From assembly GCF_032191835.1 (NCBI RefSeq), contig NC_083228.1, positions 29,016,001 to 29,080,000 on the forward strand: a stretch of 64,000 nucleotides of DNA. Direction: 5' to 3'. A model generated the notes under the pieces. The model had not been told where the DNA came from, ran no database searches, and saw only the letters and a program-made list of their open reading frames with translations. The DNA is from Heteronotia binoei. Its lineage: Eukaryota. Shown here in pieces: positions 11,963 through 24,523 of the stretch; position 1 is the first letter of the stretch; each line of letters opens with the position of its first letter. Position numbers and translations under genes: made by a program.

Positions 11963-13670
11963 CAGGCCCGTAGCTACAAGGGGGCCTGTGGGGGCACAGC
12001 CCCCCAACTTCTGGGTGAGGCCCCCTGACTTCAGGCCCCCCATCAGCTCCTTCCCACTGCCCTCCCTTCCCTGTTACCCAAATCCTGCACGGGGTAGGCG
12101 GCAGAAACAGCCCTCAGCCTCTGGCTGCCAGTTAAAGGGCCCGTCGATCAGCTGATCGTCAGGCCCTTTAAATGGTGCGGAAGGCCGGGACTGCTTCTGC
12201 TGCTGGCTGGCCAATCCCTCACACTATTGAGTGGTGGGAAAGGAGGGTAGTGTCGCCGAGCCAGAAGGCAAGGAGCAGCAGCAGCGTCCCCCAGAAGAGT
12301 CACCTGAGGCCTGCACTTCACCCTGGAATGGCCATCAGGTGCGGGGAGGCAAGGCACATCCAGTCACATGGCTGACCGGGCTGGAGTCACATCTGCGGCC
12401 ACTATGCACTGTGCCGCCACCTAAAGGGACACCTCCGTGCTTACTGCTGGCCAGCCAGTGCCAGGCAGCTGAAGCCAGCTCCACCGGGGCGGGGTGGGGT
12501 GGGGAGGATCACTGGGGGAGCAGTTTCTTTGCCTGCTGCCAGGCTGGATGCAGTCACCTTCCCCAGTGGACTTGACACGGACTTTGGGGGGAAAGTAAAG
12601 GCACCAAGATTGAAAGGCTGGTGTTTGTTGGGTCCCTTCCCCCTGTGCACCCCCAGGCGTCTCCTCCTCCCCTCCAGCACAAGGCAGGCTCCAGCTTTTG
12701 CATCCCTCTGCCAGAAAACCAGACAGACTTTCTTGCTTTTTTTCAGCCGTCCTCTGCTCCCTGGGCTGGGTAGAACACAAGGAGAGGGGACTTTGCAAAC
12801 CCTGAAGGGGTAAAGCTCACCTTCCCCTCTCTGCCTGGGTGACTCTCCAGTCCCCGTGGACTCCTCCTAGTCCTCCCAGCTGGGTGGCTGGCACTTCGGA
12901 GCTTTCCTTCCAACCTCCCGCCACCCTGCTTTCTGGGAGCACCCCCCTCACTTCCACCTCACAGGCTGGCTCAGGCTCTGCCCAGCCCCCAGCCTGCCCC
13001 CTCCAGCCTCCCCCCTCAGTGCATGTGAGCAGGGGTTGTGGGGCTGGGGGGATGCACTTCAGATGCACTTCCAACCACAGACACACTCACTCACATGCAC
13101 TCTCTTTCTCTTTCTCTCAAGGTGGGATTTCTGGATCCCCTGGAATTACAGTTTATCTCCAAACTACAGCAACTTGTTTGATGTCTTTTTTTAAAAAAAT
13201 GCCATTTAGCTGCTAAAATTGTCAGTCTTCAACTCTTTTATGTTCTTATGCCAGTTAAAGGGCCTGACGTTCAACTTATCAACAGGCCCTTTAACTGGCC
13301 GGCTGGGGGCTGCTTCTGCCATCCACCCTACAGGATTTGGGTGACGGGGAAGAGAGGGCAACAGTGATGAGAGTCTTTTCTTCCCTCCTTGCCACTCTCA
13401 TCCCCACTGCCCTCCCTTCCCTGTCACTCAAATAGTGTGCGGAGCCCTTTAACTTGCAGGGGGAGGCTGGGGGCTGCTTCTGCTGCCAGCCCCACACACT
13501 GAGTGCTGCCCTGCCTTTCCCGTCACCCAAACTGCACATGGGGTGGGCGGCGGAAGCAGCCTCCAATTGATGCGAAGGGAGTGGGAAAGAGGTCTATGGG
13601 GTGGAGCTGCTGAGTGCCCCCCGAATAATTTAGAGGCCCCCTAACCTTCCATATCCTGGCTACAGCCCTG
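11963..13670. mobile_element. ~1.7-kb non-autonomous hAT-type DNA transposon inserted in a tRNA-SINE head
   Basis: TIRs CAGGCCCGTAGC / GCTACAGCCCTG. 8-bp TSD GATCTAGG (11955-11962) / GATCTAAG (13671-13678). Internal repeated GCCAGTTAAAGGGCC motifs in both orientations. No transposase ORF seen. Confidence 0.8.
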
Positions 13671-13770
13671 GATCTAAGAGATCCAAGTTGGATTCCCCAC
13701 TTTGCCATGGAAGCTTGCTGGGTGATCTTGGGCCAGTCCCACATTCTCAGGCTAACCTACTTCACAGGAG
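13671..13770 (+). mobile_element. tRNA-derived SINE, 3' part (5' part at ~11945-11962)
   Basis: TGTCAGACTAGGATCTAGG to the left of the hAT element joins AGATCCAAGTTGGATTCCCCAC...GGAAGCTTGCTGGG to its right, restoring the SINE seen at 6684 and 15375. Confidence 0.75.
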
Positions 13771-14534
13771 GCTATGCCACTGCAGAAAGCTGTGGTTAGT
13801 TTGTGTTCTAAAAGTTTTGAATGGTGCCTATGAGTAAGACTGCATCTGGATATTGTTGGAACAAATGTCACACTGTATTTGAATTGAATCCACTTAAATT
13901 GTGAAAATAGCATGTATGTAATATTCTGTGAAATTAGCATCACTGAAGGAGGTGAGCGAAATGAGAAAATCTTTACCCAGGATCCTCATGTGATTTTTCT
14001 CATTCTTCTGAAACCTTATGATTGATTATTTTGTATGTTTTTCTTGAAGAAGGATGATTCCCTATGAAGTGATTCTTTAACGAGATGTCTTTCCTCTTTT
14101 TTGGAGGATTATGTTGTAATAGTGTCTGTATATTTATACATAGGAGTTTATATATGTTCATACCTAGTATGTGGTTTTCATAACAGACTGGATAATCATA
14201 TATAAGACAGAAAAAATACAACACACAATATACATTCTATATAATTTGAATATTTACCACTTTATTACAGTGCTTTTGGTTGTTATTACTAACCTGCCTC
14301 ACAGGGCTGTCGTGAGGATAAACTGGAGGAGATGATGACAATGTAAGCCAGCTTGAAGTCCCCATAAGGTCAGATATAAATGACATAAATAATACTAATT
14401 CTGAACAATTGTTTCCTTAAAGCAATTATGAGTGCAATCCTAAGGCCAGTTTCCTGGGAGTCAGCTGCACTGAATGCCACTGGACTTAGTTCTGAGTAGC
14501 AGCCTGAATAGCTATGGCTGTCTTGTCTTTATGT

Positions 14535-14586
14535 GAGCTTGGAAGCTAAGCAGGGTTGGCCATGGTTAGTACTTGGATGGGAGAAG

Positions 14587-14625
<39 letters not shown>

Positions 14626-14850
14626 CAGGAACGCAGTTCCAGCTGGCTTGGCACCAGGGGTGTGGCCTAATATGCAAACGAGTTCATGAGGGAATTTTTC
14701 TACAAAAAAGCCCTATGTGAAACAATGGTGACATCAGGCGGTGTGGCCTAATATGCAAATCAGTTCCTGCTGGGCTTATTCTACAGAAAAAGGCCTGGAT
14801 GGGAGTCCACAGAGGAAAACTGGGGCTGCTATACAGAGGAAGACAAAAGC
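14535..14850 (+). mobile_element. 5S rRNA-derived SINE interrupted by a MITE
   Basis: GGAAGCTAAGCAGGGTTGGCCATGGTTAGTACTTGGATGGGAG matches 5S rRNA box A to box C, followed by non-5S body sequence. Confidence 0.75.
14584..14797. mobile_element. hAT-type MITE (octamer-bearing family) with expanded poly-T
   Basis: Exact 8-bp TSD GATGGGAG (14576-14583 / 14798-14805). Right TIR AAAAAGGCCTG. Left TIR T-tract expanded to ~33 T. Same family as 19647-19839, 31331-31530 and 43556-43721. Confidence 0.85.
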
Positions 14851-15374
14851 CCCCTCTGTTCTTCCCTTTCCTTGAAAACTCCATCGCCTTGGGATCATCA
14901 TGAGTCAGTAGCAACTGGATGGCACACAGCTGTTATTGTGAGTACACCCACGTAGGTTTGGTCCCACTGTGCTCAGGTGTGTACTTTTAGACAGGGGGAT
15001 CTCAAGCCATGAACAATGCAGCACATCCAAAAGATGAAAGCCATGAACAAACAGGTATAGCAAACTAGCAACCCCATTGAAATATTTCACTCTGTCATCC
15101 TGTGCTTACAGACAGCCATTGTAACAGTCAGAGTTCCAGAACAACACATCCACCATCTCCATTATTGTTTATACCGGGGTCAGTGTATTGTCTGCATGCC
15201 AGTCTCTGGTTGTCTTTACCATGGTGCAGTTTTCCCCAGTCTGAGCACTTGTGCAGATAAAAAAAACCTTTTATGTGCTCAGTTGGAAACTTGAAGGAGA
15301 CCAATCTGATTCCATCTTTGAAGTGAAACAGAGTTAGGCCTAGACGGGTTCCTGAAGGAGAGAATACAGTGAAC

Positions 15375-15660
15375 GAGGCCATTGTGGTGTCCTGGTTAGA
15401 GGGTTGGTGTAGAATCTAGATGGAGGTTCAAATCCCCACTCTCCCATGGAAGCTTGTTGAGTGAGTTTGGGCCTGTCTCAATCTAACCTACCTCACAGAG
15501 TTGTTGCAATGATAAAAAGGAGTAAAGGAGAGCACTGTAAGTTGTCTTGGGTCCTACCAAGGAGAAAAGCAGGTTATGAGCTGCCCTGAGCCTGCCTCAG
15601 CAGGGAGGGCAAGATATAAATCAAATAAAGTAAGTAATAAAGTAAAGTGAGTACCTAAAG
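15375..15660 (+). mobile_element. tRNA-derived SINE with L2-like tail
   Basis: GGTGTCCTGGTTAGAG...GTTCAAATCCCCACTC...GGAAGCTTG. Tail CTGCCCTGAGCC...GATATAAATC(AAAT/AAGT)n. Confidence 0.8.
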
Positions 15661-15664
15661 TAAA

Positions 15665-15795
15665 TCATAGATCCAGAGGAGTAGCCATGTTAGTCTGCTG
15701 CAAAACAGTAAAATGTCCAGTAGCTCTGATCTGATTAAGAGACCCGCGTTTCTCCAAAGCTTATGCTACAATACAATTTGTTAGTTTTAAAGTAC
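15665..15795 (+). mobile_element. Penelope-like terminal remnant with decayed hammerhead core
   Basis: GATCCAGAGGAGTAGCCATGTTAGTCTG start, then CTGATTA-A-GAGA..TCTC-CAAAGCTTATG (15731-15765) and TTTGTTAGTTTTAAAG. Confidence 0.55.
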
Positions 15796-16389
15796 TCAAT
15801 CAATAATGCAACGTTTGAGTTTCTCCTCCTGCTTAGGTACAAACCTCACAGAATTGCCTTCTGCAGCCCACCTCAGAGTTGCTTTCAGGAGAAAATAACC
15901 CCACATATGTTACTTCAGTCTCCTTAGACTGAGAAAAGGCAGAATGGGAATGCCATAATGCAGATCCACTTTGAATTGTAAACACCCTGCTTCCCCCTCC
16001 CCCCAGTCTTTAGGGAGAAAATAATTAACTTAATGTTACATAAATTATGGCAGAGAAAAATTAATACAAGCAGCTCTCCTCCTGCTCTACATTCCAGTTC
16101 CCGAACGTTGCATTTTTCCCTCCTCCCCGGCTAATTTCGTTTGGAGTCAAAGTTCATACAGCCCTACAATCTCTGGATGTTGCAAACTCGTTTCGCAGGG
16201 CTTTAAAATATCTTGCTGGGTTGCAAGGGGGGCGGGGGGGGGAGAGAATCCCAGCTCCTTTCAGGCTCCTTTGTTTCCTTTGGATTCTTTTCCGACGCAG
16301 TTATGAGTGAAACAACAAGTCATAAACTTGCATGATCAACGGAGCCAGAGCAGGTATTCCCTGTTTTCAGCCCTGTGTGTGTCCTTTCG

Positions 16390-17150
16390 GGCTGGTGTTA
16401 ACCAAAAAGGACAATGAATGAGTGTGTTGCGAGGCGTCTGAAGAAGTGAGCGCTGTGACTCAGGAAAGATTTTCGCCCGGAAACAACCCGATTTAAAGTA
16501 CAACCGCGCCTCCTTTCATCCTCCCCCCCCCCCCTTCTCCACCACCGATCGTGCAGTAAAACAGATCAACACAAGGGGGCACTATGAAACTTTCGCCTCG
16601 GAACTGAATTGCAGCCGCCGCCGCCGCCACCTTCGTCTGCCTCTAGGAGCGCTTAATTAAGATCCATTGTGACCGAAGCGCGCCCGCTCCCGTGAAAGCC
16701 CGGAGAGAAGTCGAGTAGGGCTGGGGATGTCACCTGCCGCTGGCTAGCCGCCGGGAGCACAACGATCAGCCGCCCGGCTGAGGAGGCGGCGGTCAAGCAG
16801 CTTGCGGCTCACTTTGGGCTGTCAAGTTCTGAGAAGGCGCGAAGAAGAACAGCAGCGCCGCCTAGGAGAGGGTGTGAACGCCAGCCCTGGGCTTGGACGC
16901 CGCTGCCAAAGCCTTGTCAATAGAGGCGCGGGAAGCGCTCCCCACCCGCAAGCCTCAAGTGCTTCTTTTAATAGCCTCCGTTTGGCCACGGGGCGCCCTG
17001 GGGAGCCCCCTCCCCCACCAGTCCCAGCATTAATTTATTGTTGTGTCCCCTGGCGTGCCTACCGAAGTGCTTATCCAGGGGAAAACCGCTTGGAAGCAGG
17101 AATGGGAGGCGATGGACCATCTCCCGCACCCCTTCCGGGCGCTTTCCTGC
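16390..17150. promoter_or_regulatory. Second CpG island (orphan promoter or enhancer)
   Basis: CpG-dense non-repeat sequence with (GCC)n at ~16614-16628 and no credible ORF. Boundaries approximate. Confidence 0.7.
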
Positions 17151-18774
17151 CATCATTAGTGACAGTGGATTAGCTGCTAATGGGTCATTAATTCCCTCTC
17201 TCCAAAATGCAAGTTTGAACGTTTTTGGCTGCAAATGAAACTGGTAAGCAAGGCCTTTCATTCACACACACACATACATGGAAACCTAACCCAACAACAC
17301 ATGACACATCTGGACCTATGTTACAATTCCTCAGAAATATGTCATGGATCTCCCTCTCAAGTCAGGGTACAGAAGATGGCCGTCCTTCAGTTGATCAGCT
17401 ATGGTTGCCTCAGAAGATAAATATCTGCAGAATCATGTAGTCACATTAAACAATTTTGAGTGTTCCAGGCATAAATCCTCCCCCAATGTTGTGTCCCTAT
17501 CCAGGCTTTCCTGAGTTAGTCCTATCGAAATCTATGGGATCTACTTATGAGTAAACAGGATTATACTATAGATGAAATCCATCGTTCAACACCAAAAATT
17601 ACCAGTGCAGAAAGCAATACAAGGTACAACCTCCACATTATTAAAAAGAGAGTTCCTGACTCCACAAAAATTCAAAAAAGATGGAGGCTACACACCCCTA
17701 CTCAAGTATATATGCAAGTTTATAACCACTGAAAGCTGAGGGTACAGGAAATGAAAAATTAAAACCACTGAAGCACTGAGTGTCATGCATGTGGCATAAG
17801 AAGTGGACACACACAGTGCATACCCTCTAAAACAGAGGCACGCAGAAATGCAAGAGAAAAGCATATACCCAAGAAAATATCACCAAAATGTTCTACATTT
17901 TAAAGTCTGCAAAACACCTTCCAAAAATTCTACACAGATAAAAGCACTTCTCTGCCCACTGGGATTTGTTTCTAAGTAAGTGTCTCTATAAGTGTTAGTT
18001 TAAACATAGATCATCATAACAGCTCCATGAAAGCACACCGAAAAGCCCTCAGTATGGAATGGTATATTATATACAGGCAGGTAATCCTATGCCTGAATAA
18101 CAACTGAAAGTGGACGGCCATTTTCTGCTGCTGTATAACTTTTGAAAGAAAACTTGGAACAAAAAATGGCACTGCCTTCTTTTAGAACTGCTACGGGAGC
18201 ATAAAGCAACCTCAGTCATTCTTACCCCTACTTTACTTGTTGGATTGGCCTGCCCTATAGGGACACCTGGCAATCTTCTGGATTCTGGAAAAAGGTGACC
18301 ACAAAGGAATGTAAAAGGACAGTAGAAAAGGAGTGTGGAGTCTTTGCTCAATACTGTGAATCTGATTTAAGGTCTGTCAGTGACTTCTGTAATCTTGGCA
18401 GATGTTTAAATAGGGAATGGGGTGGAACAATGTACAGTTGCAACTGTTCTAGAGCTAAGACCTTTTCCAAGCAAGGGGCTGGATAGTGCAACAGAACAAT
18501 AATGCAGGCCCTGCTACAAATTACCTCCCAGCCTGGCCGGCTCATGTTACAATGCACCAAAGAATACTTGTTAGGGGTAGCAGCCCTTCACAATCGCTCA
18601 AGTATCATAAACACAGGCTGCAATGTGTTCTCGAGATCACTCACCAAAGATCGGGAGCCCTCCAGACACTTCCACTCTGCACTCGTTTATGCTGTCGGTA
18701 TGGCAAAAATCACACCAGAGGGATTTGCACTTTCCTGATGCACATCAGTAAGAGCAGCTTTACAATCCAGTTGA

Positions 18775-18980
18775 ACATATGAAACTGCCTTATACGGAAT
18801 CAGACCCTCGGTCCATCAAAGTCACTGTTGTCTACTCAGACTGGCAGTGGCTCTCCAGGATCTCAAGCTGAGGTTTTGCATGCCTATTTGCCTGGGCCCT
18901 TTTTAGTTGGAGATGCCAGGGATTGAACCTGGGACCTTCTGCTTAGCAAGCAGACGCTCTACCACTGAGCCACCATCCCT
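18775..18980 (-). mobile_element. tRNA-derived SINE (second family)
   Basis: Minus strand reads GTGGCTCAGTGGTAGAGCG (A box), GGTTCAATCCC (B box), ...GACCGAGGGTCTGATTCCGTATAAGGCAG. Homologous to 24912-25130 and 43303-43512. Confidence 0.9.
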
Positions 18981-19646
18981 TGCAGTTGTGTTATCCGTGT
19001 TTTTTATTCTTGGGCATATTAATTGTTAACATTCATACACTGCCAGCTGAGAATTCAAATTGCTACCCTCCATCTTTTTAATGGCTCTTTAGAAGATTGA
19101 AAAAAGTCAGTTCTTTAATTGCTCTCTAGCCACTGTGAGTCAGAGAACAGAAAAGCAGTAGAATGTTTTTTTTTTTAAAAAAACACATGTGAAGAATTCC
19201 AGATGTTTATTTAAGAGAGATTTCCACATATAGACTGCCCCATGTTTATTTAGTGGTGGCAAGAATAATGTGGGCTGCTCTAATATGTTTTTTTTTTTCA
19301 CATTCAGACGTGATAGGATGGTAGTCTGTATACTTACTTCCTTACCTGTCTATTGAAAAGTAAAACAAATAAGCATGGTCATGCCTTGTTATAAAGTTCA
19401 CTTGTTCCTGTGCCAAGTTGTAAGCTTCTGTGGGAAAGTGGTATTTGGCCATCACTCATCCAGTTAAAGAACTGCAAGGTATTTGGGCAAGATTCATAGA
19501 AGACACATACCAAGAAAAGTGCAATTGCCCTCAAAGCAATGGAAATATCACAGCCAATGAGTGGGAAATGGACTTATCTGTATCTGAGTGCATTTAGAGC
19601 AGGCCAGAAAGGTAATGGAAGACCAAGGAGATAACTACATTGTCCC

Positions 19647-19839
19647 CAGGGCTTTGTTTGTAAAAAAAAGCCCAGCAGGAACTCATTTGCATATCAAGCC
19701 ATACCCCCTCACAATGCCATTGTTTTGCACAGGGCTTTTTGTAGAAAAAGCCCAGCAGGAACCTATTTGCATATTAGGCCACATCCCCCAACACCAAGCC
19801 AGCTGGAACTGCATTTCTGTGTGTTCAAAAAAAGCCCTG
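19647..19839. mobile_element. hAT-type MITE (octamer-bearing family)
   Basis: TIRs CAGGGCTTTGTTTG / AAAAAAAGCCCTG. Internal duplicated unit with ATTTGCAT at 19685 and 19765. Confidence 0.85.
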
Positions 19840-21274
19840 ATTTTTCTACTAAAGCTACTCATGACTGTTCCATTGCATTGAATGGGTTCTATTAGTCTTA
19901 ACTAACCTACTATTAGTGTCACTGGGACTCAACTAGCTCGAACACACCTGGGGTTAGCAGCACTTCTGCTTCACACACACATGTATATCACTTGCAGTCA
20001 TCATGTGCCCAGTGTGCACACATCTGCTGTTAATTCAGATGATTCTATCTACATAGTTGCTTCTTTTCAGGATCTTATAAGATAACCCAGTTTGGGTCAT
20101 AGCACATTCCCATGCCATTTCTGCATAAAAGGCCAAGTGGAGACTACCAATGAAATAATGGCATATGTATAAAAGACTAGACAGAAATATGAAGTCACAT
20201 TTTAACAACTACAGGGTTGGATCAAACCTGTTCTTCTGCTGATAAAGAAGGGAGGCAGGGATCCCCTTTGAACTAAACAAAGGCTATGCTAGGGGTCAAA
20301 GGGATCACATGGCCAAAAGGCAAGTGGGACAGGGGCTGTAATCAGGTGGAGAATTGTGGTGGATTGAATGAAAAACAGGCTGGATCTAGCTCACATCATT
20401 CATAGCTATGGCAGCACTTGTTTAAACTAGAACTCCCCTAAAATGTCCTTAAATAGACTTTATTAAATGAAATGCCATAAACTATGTGATACTCTGATAT
20501 GGACCGTACTGCTAATCCTCATCTATACTATGCCATTGACTAAAGATGTATTTTCTTTGACACTTCATGTCTGTCTAGACTTATTTTAGCTGTACTGACA
20601 TTCCCTGTTCCTACTGTGATGATGTTCAGTCTAAACAAATTCTGATTGACCATGATATCCAGCTTTAAAGTCTGCCATGAGATCTAGCCGTGATGAAATT
20701 CACAAAAGGAAATTGGTGGTATTGTGTCTTTTAGCTGATATGAAGTGTACTATTCCAAGTGAATAGAAATGGATTCTAACCAAACATGTCCCCCCAGTAC
20801 CAGTCCTTTGTAATGCAAGTACAGGTCAGTAAACAAGTAGATACAGTTTTCTCAGCAAAAAACCCACAATTCTAGTGAGGTCTTGTGTCTTGCTCTGCTT
20901 TCAGCAGAGTTGAAGTGGTTTGTTCCATCACTTCCTAAAAATTATCAGTAGGCCTAAAAGAGATTTATATTGACCACAGACATCAGTTTCCTAGAAGAAG
21001 ATAACCAAGCACTGAAACTACCCAACTATCTCCCCAAGCCCCTCTCATTTTTTAACACTTTGTTTCAGAATCTCTTGCTTTCACAGTTCTGTCCCCAAGT
21101 AAAGCAGGCATTGATAGGGATGGGGAACTGGGTTTAGCAAAGGCTTTCTTGGAGCCCAGTCTCTTCACATTATTAATTTCCTATAGGGGTGGGGAAATGG
21201 AGGGTTATCAACAGTATAAACAGTAAGCTAGAGTAAGAAATTCCAGAAGAATAATGGAAATGTATATTGTAAAA

Positions 21275-21545
21275 AGCCAGTTTCGGGTAATGGTTAAGTG
21301 TGCGGACTCTAATCTGGGAGAACTAGGTTTGATTCCCTCTTCCTCCACATGCAGCTGCTGGTGTGATCTTGGGTCAGCCACAAGTTCTCAGCAGAGCTGT
21401 TCTCTCAAGAGCAATTCTTTGAGAGCTGTCTCAGCCCCACCTACCCTACAGGGTGTCTGCTATGGGGAGAGGAAGGGTCGGGAAAGGAGATTGTAAGCCA
21501 CTCTGAGTGAAGGGCAGGGGATAAATCCAATCTGTTCTTATTCTC
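21275..21545 (+). mobile_element. tRNA-derived SINE with L2-like tail (Squam3-like)
   Basis: CCAGTTT..GTAATGGTTAAGTGTGCGGACTCT...GGTTTGATTCC...CCTCACAGGGTGTCTG...GGGGATAAATCCAATC. Homologous to 30330, 41470 and 55285. Confidence 0.9.
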
Positions 21546-21579
21546 TTTCCCAAGAATGTAGCAATGAAAGAGGATTGCA

Positions 21580-22150
21580 TAAACATTTTGTATAGGTGGT
21601 ATCTTACCACCTGCAAGACTGGGGAAGTTGTGGAAAAATGCCTCTAATTTGTGATGGAATTGCGGGAAACTAGTGGGTACTTCATACCACATCTGATGGA
21701 GCTTTACTTAGAAGCTATTAGAGAAACATAACCAAAGTAATCTATCATATTATTGAGGCAAAATTCTGTATGTCTGCTGGGGTTTAATGAGGATGCTTTA
21801 CCTAAGAGTATGGGGTATCTAATCTGGCAAATATTGGTTACAGCAAGAACAACACTAGCAAAAACCTGGAAACAACTAAATCTGCCAAATGGCTTTGTAA
21901 GGTATGGACTATTATATTGATGGATAAAATTACCAAACTGAAGCAAGATGGAAAGGATTAAGTTTTGGAACAGAAAACATGCTACAGAAACAGCAAGAAC
22001 TGCATTTTTAAACTGGATTTGAAGTGAGGGATATAACTATGGATCTGATATTGAAAGAGACAATGAATTATGGAATTATAGATGTGATAGATTTATAGGG
22101 AGTAAGCATATTTTATTGTGGTTATTGAATTTGGAAGTCCATTAAAATTT
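21580..22150 (+). mobile_element. Decayed L1/Tx1-type LINE 3' end
   Basis: Hand translation gives LYRWYLPPARLGKLW...WNCGK...YHI*W (degenerate zinc knuckle) and LVTARTTLAKTWKQ, homologous to ORF 61020-61490. Confidence 0.7.
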
Positions 22151-22518
22151 GGAAGCCCATTAAAATATAATATTTCCTAATATTATATATTTGAAAGGAA
22201 TCTTATTCCAGTTTCCCTCCTCAGTTCCTTGCAGGTTCCCTACAGGGCAACTATCAGCTGACAGATTGCCTCTGTTTTCTTCCTGACTGCCACTGGCCAT
22301 CCCACAATTAATTTCTTTTAGTTCTATCTCTCTTCTTATGCTTGTGCCATGTCTTTCAGCATATTGAATGTCTTCACACGCATACTGGATCTTCCACTGT
22401 CTAGTTCCAGATCCCCGAGGTCCTGTCAAGCTTCCCCAGCCAAAAGGCAATTTTCTACCAGGGTATTCCACCTTCCTTCCACCTCACAAATGGCAAACAC
22501 CGGAGAGATAGTTGAGAC

Positions 22519-23237
22519 TAGGGATGGACACGGACCGGGAAAATGGTGGTTCATGTTGGTTCATGGTTCGTTTGATTTCCTGAACTGGTTCATGGTTTAT
22601 TTTTGGGAGGTGGCAGAACAGCTCCCTCAAGTGTTAGAGACACCAAACTTATGTGAAGTCTTCAGCAGGCTCTCCTCCACCAGCCCTCGAAGTTTGGCAA
22701 AAGTTGGATTTGGGATGTCTGAGTTATAGCTCTCCAAACAGGCTCCCCCAGGAAAACTCAGCTCTAGCTTAAGGTTCGGTCCCTGAAACCACAGCAAGGA
22801 ACACCTTCCCAGCCAGGAGAGGTGTTTCAAAAACTGTCCCACTGTGCGGGGAAAAAAGGAGTCCCTCAAAGCCTCCTCTAAATCAGTCATGCAGTGAACA
22901 ACAAGTGAACTAACTTTTCTCTCTTCATGCTGCAAAGTGAAAGCAGTTGAGTCAAGGTACGGCATTATACTGGTATATAATCTGCTCCCAGAGCTGCCAA
23001 TCAAAGTATGGATTACTGTTTTGGATGCTTCTAGGGCTTTGCACAAATCCACCCCCAGCATTGCCTAGGAATTGATTGAATCAGTGCCAGGCTGTCTGGA
23101 GCATGAATTGCAAAAACGAACCAAACAAACCATCATGGAAAAAAAATGCGGTTCATTGTTTGGTTCGGGAATGACATGACCAAACAAACTGGTTCAAAAT
23201 GAACCATGAACAGGCCAGCAGTACATGCCCATTCCTA
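22519..23237. mobile_element. Non-autonomous hAT-type element (719 bp)
   Basis: TIRs TAGGGATGG / CCATTCCTA. Exact 8-bp TSD GTTGAGAC (22511-22518 / 23238-23245). Multiple subterminal GGTTC/GAACC repeats. Confidence 0.88.
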
Positions 23238-24523
23238 GTTGAGACTGAGAGTCTAGGTTAATTGCATAAGGTTCATAGCAAAACCCATAGCCACATTACA
23301 GCCAAAAGGCCCACTTGCAAATTAACACAACCATTTGCTTCAGTCCAGGCTTGAAGCTGTTGCCCAAGCATAGGTGTCATCATTGCTGTCCTCCTCCTCC
23401 TCTTTCTCTACAAGTGTTTGGCAGCCTTAGCAGGAATAGTTTCAAAGCAACAAGTTCACTATTGAGAGGAGGGAAAGACAAAGCCAGTTCCCAAAACTAG
23501 CTAAGAGGGGAATGACTGCCAACACTTGCCTTCTCAAATATCTCCTGCTCAAGAGTAGCCAAGAGAGTCAGAAAGCATGCCTGGAGTGGCAGAGAAGTGG
23601 TGAATCAAAGAGCAAAAAAGAGGAAAAGAGACAAACAGCTGTTAAGGATAGCAAGTGTGTAAGCAGGGCAACCAGCGAGGCCTCTTTGTTCTACAATATG
23701 AAAGGACCAGACCTCCTCCTCCTCATTATTATTATTTTATACCACTTTGCCAATAACAAGTCCCTCAGGCTCAATAGCTGTGATCCACCTCACCACCCAC
23801 ACGCCCTCCTGTTACTATGCCAGGGCTGCAGTTAACTTTAGGTATGTGAGGTAAATTAGATTTTTTTTAATTAGAATGCCTTCTTTTACAAACAAAGGAT
23901 TCCTTAATACTGTACCAAAGAGCACATCAGCTACAAATCAAGCCCTCTTTTTTCTGGGTCATACAGTGCGTATAGTAGGTTACATAGGTTGAGGATAACA
24001 CAGGAGGCACATCTATAACAAAACAGATGAGTTTATTTAGTTTGTGACTTGTAATGCCTTCTCACTCTAGTTTGATAGCTGGTACATTTATCAGAGTCAG
24101 GAGGTGTGGTATAATTCATGGTTACAGTGCTCATTCTTTCAATGTGTCAGTCAACCTTAAAGGCAATAACTAGACAGCTTTAACAATTCACTTTTGCTTT
24201 GTTTTGAGGAGCAGCATCCAAATCCTGCCTAAAATCACATATTATAGTCCTCCCTCTAAAACCTAACTCCAGTTTGTCTTTTGGTTATTGGCAATTAAAC
24301 TCCCCTCTTCCCCCCCCCCCACTTCAGCATTCTATTCAGCTTGTTTGAATCTGATTGGTCCATGACAACCAGTAAGAAAAGAGGTAAGAATCTTCTCTTG
24401 TCCATCGCAATGTGTCTTTGGCCAAGGTCTGGTGAGTACCTGTGGGAGCAGCACCCTCAGTACAGTGTTAGGCTCTGAGAAAGCTATTTGGGCTGCTAGC
24501 TCTGAGTTGGGAAATACCTAGAG

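Noticed and set aside
14535-14583. 5S rRNA gene (also 39770-40050, 48720-48840)
   Set aside because: Partial, diverged 5S heads fused to non-5S bodies, so SINEs rather than rRNA genes.
14905-15382. Hydrophobic peptide stretches suggesting a membrane-protein pseudogene
   Set aside because: Scattered over different frames and strands with stops, and no family motif recognised.
22627-23061. 144-aa ORF inside the 22519-23237 hAT element as a captured gene or transposase
   Set aside because: No transposase or other motif. The underlying DNA resembles the non-coding interior of other local hAT derivatives (e.g. ~27940-28040).
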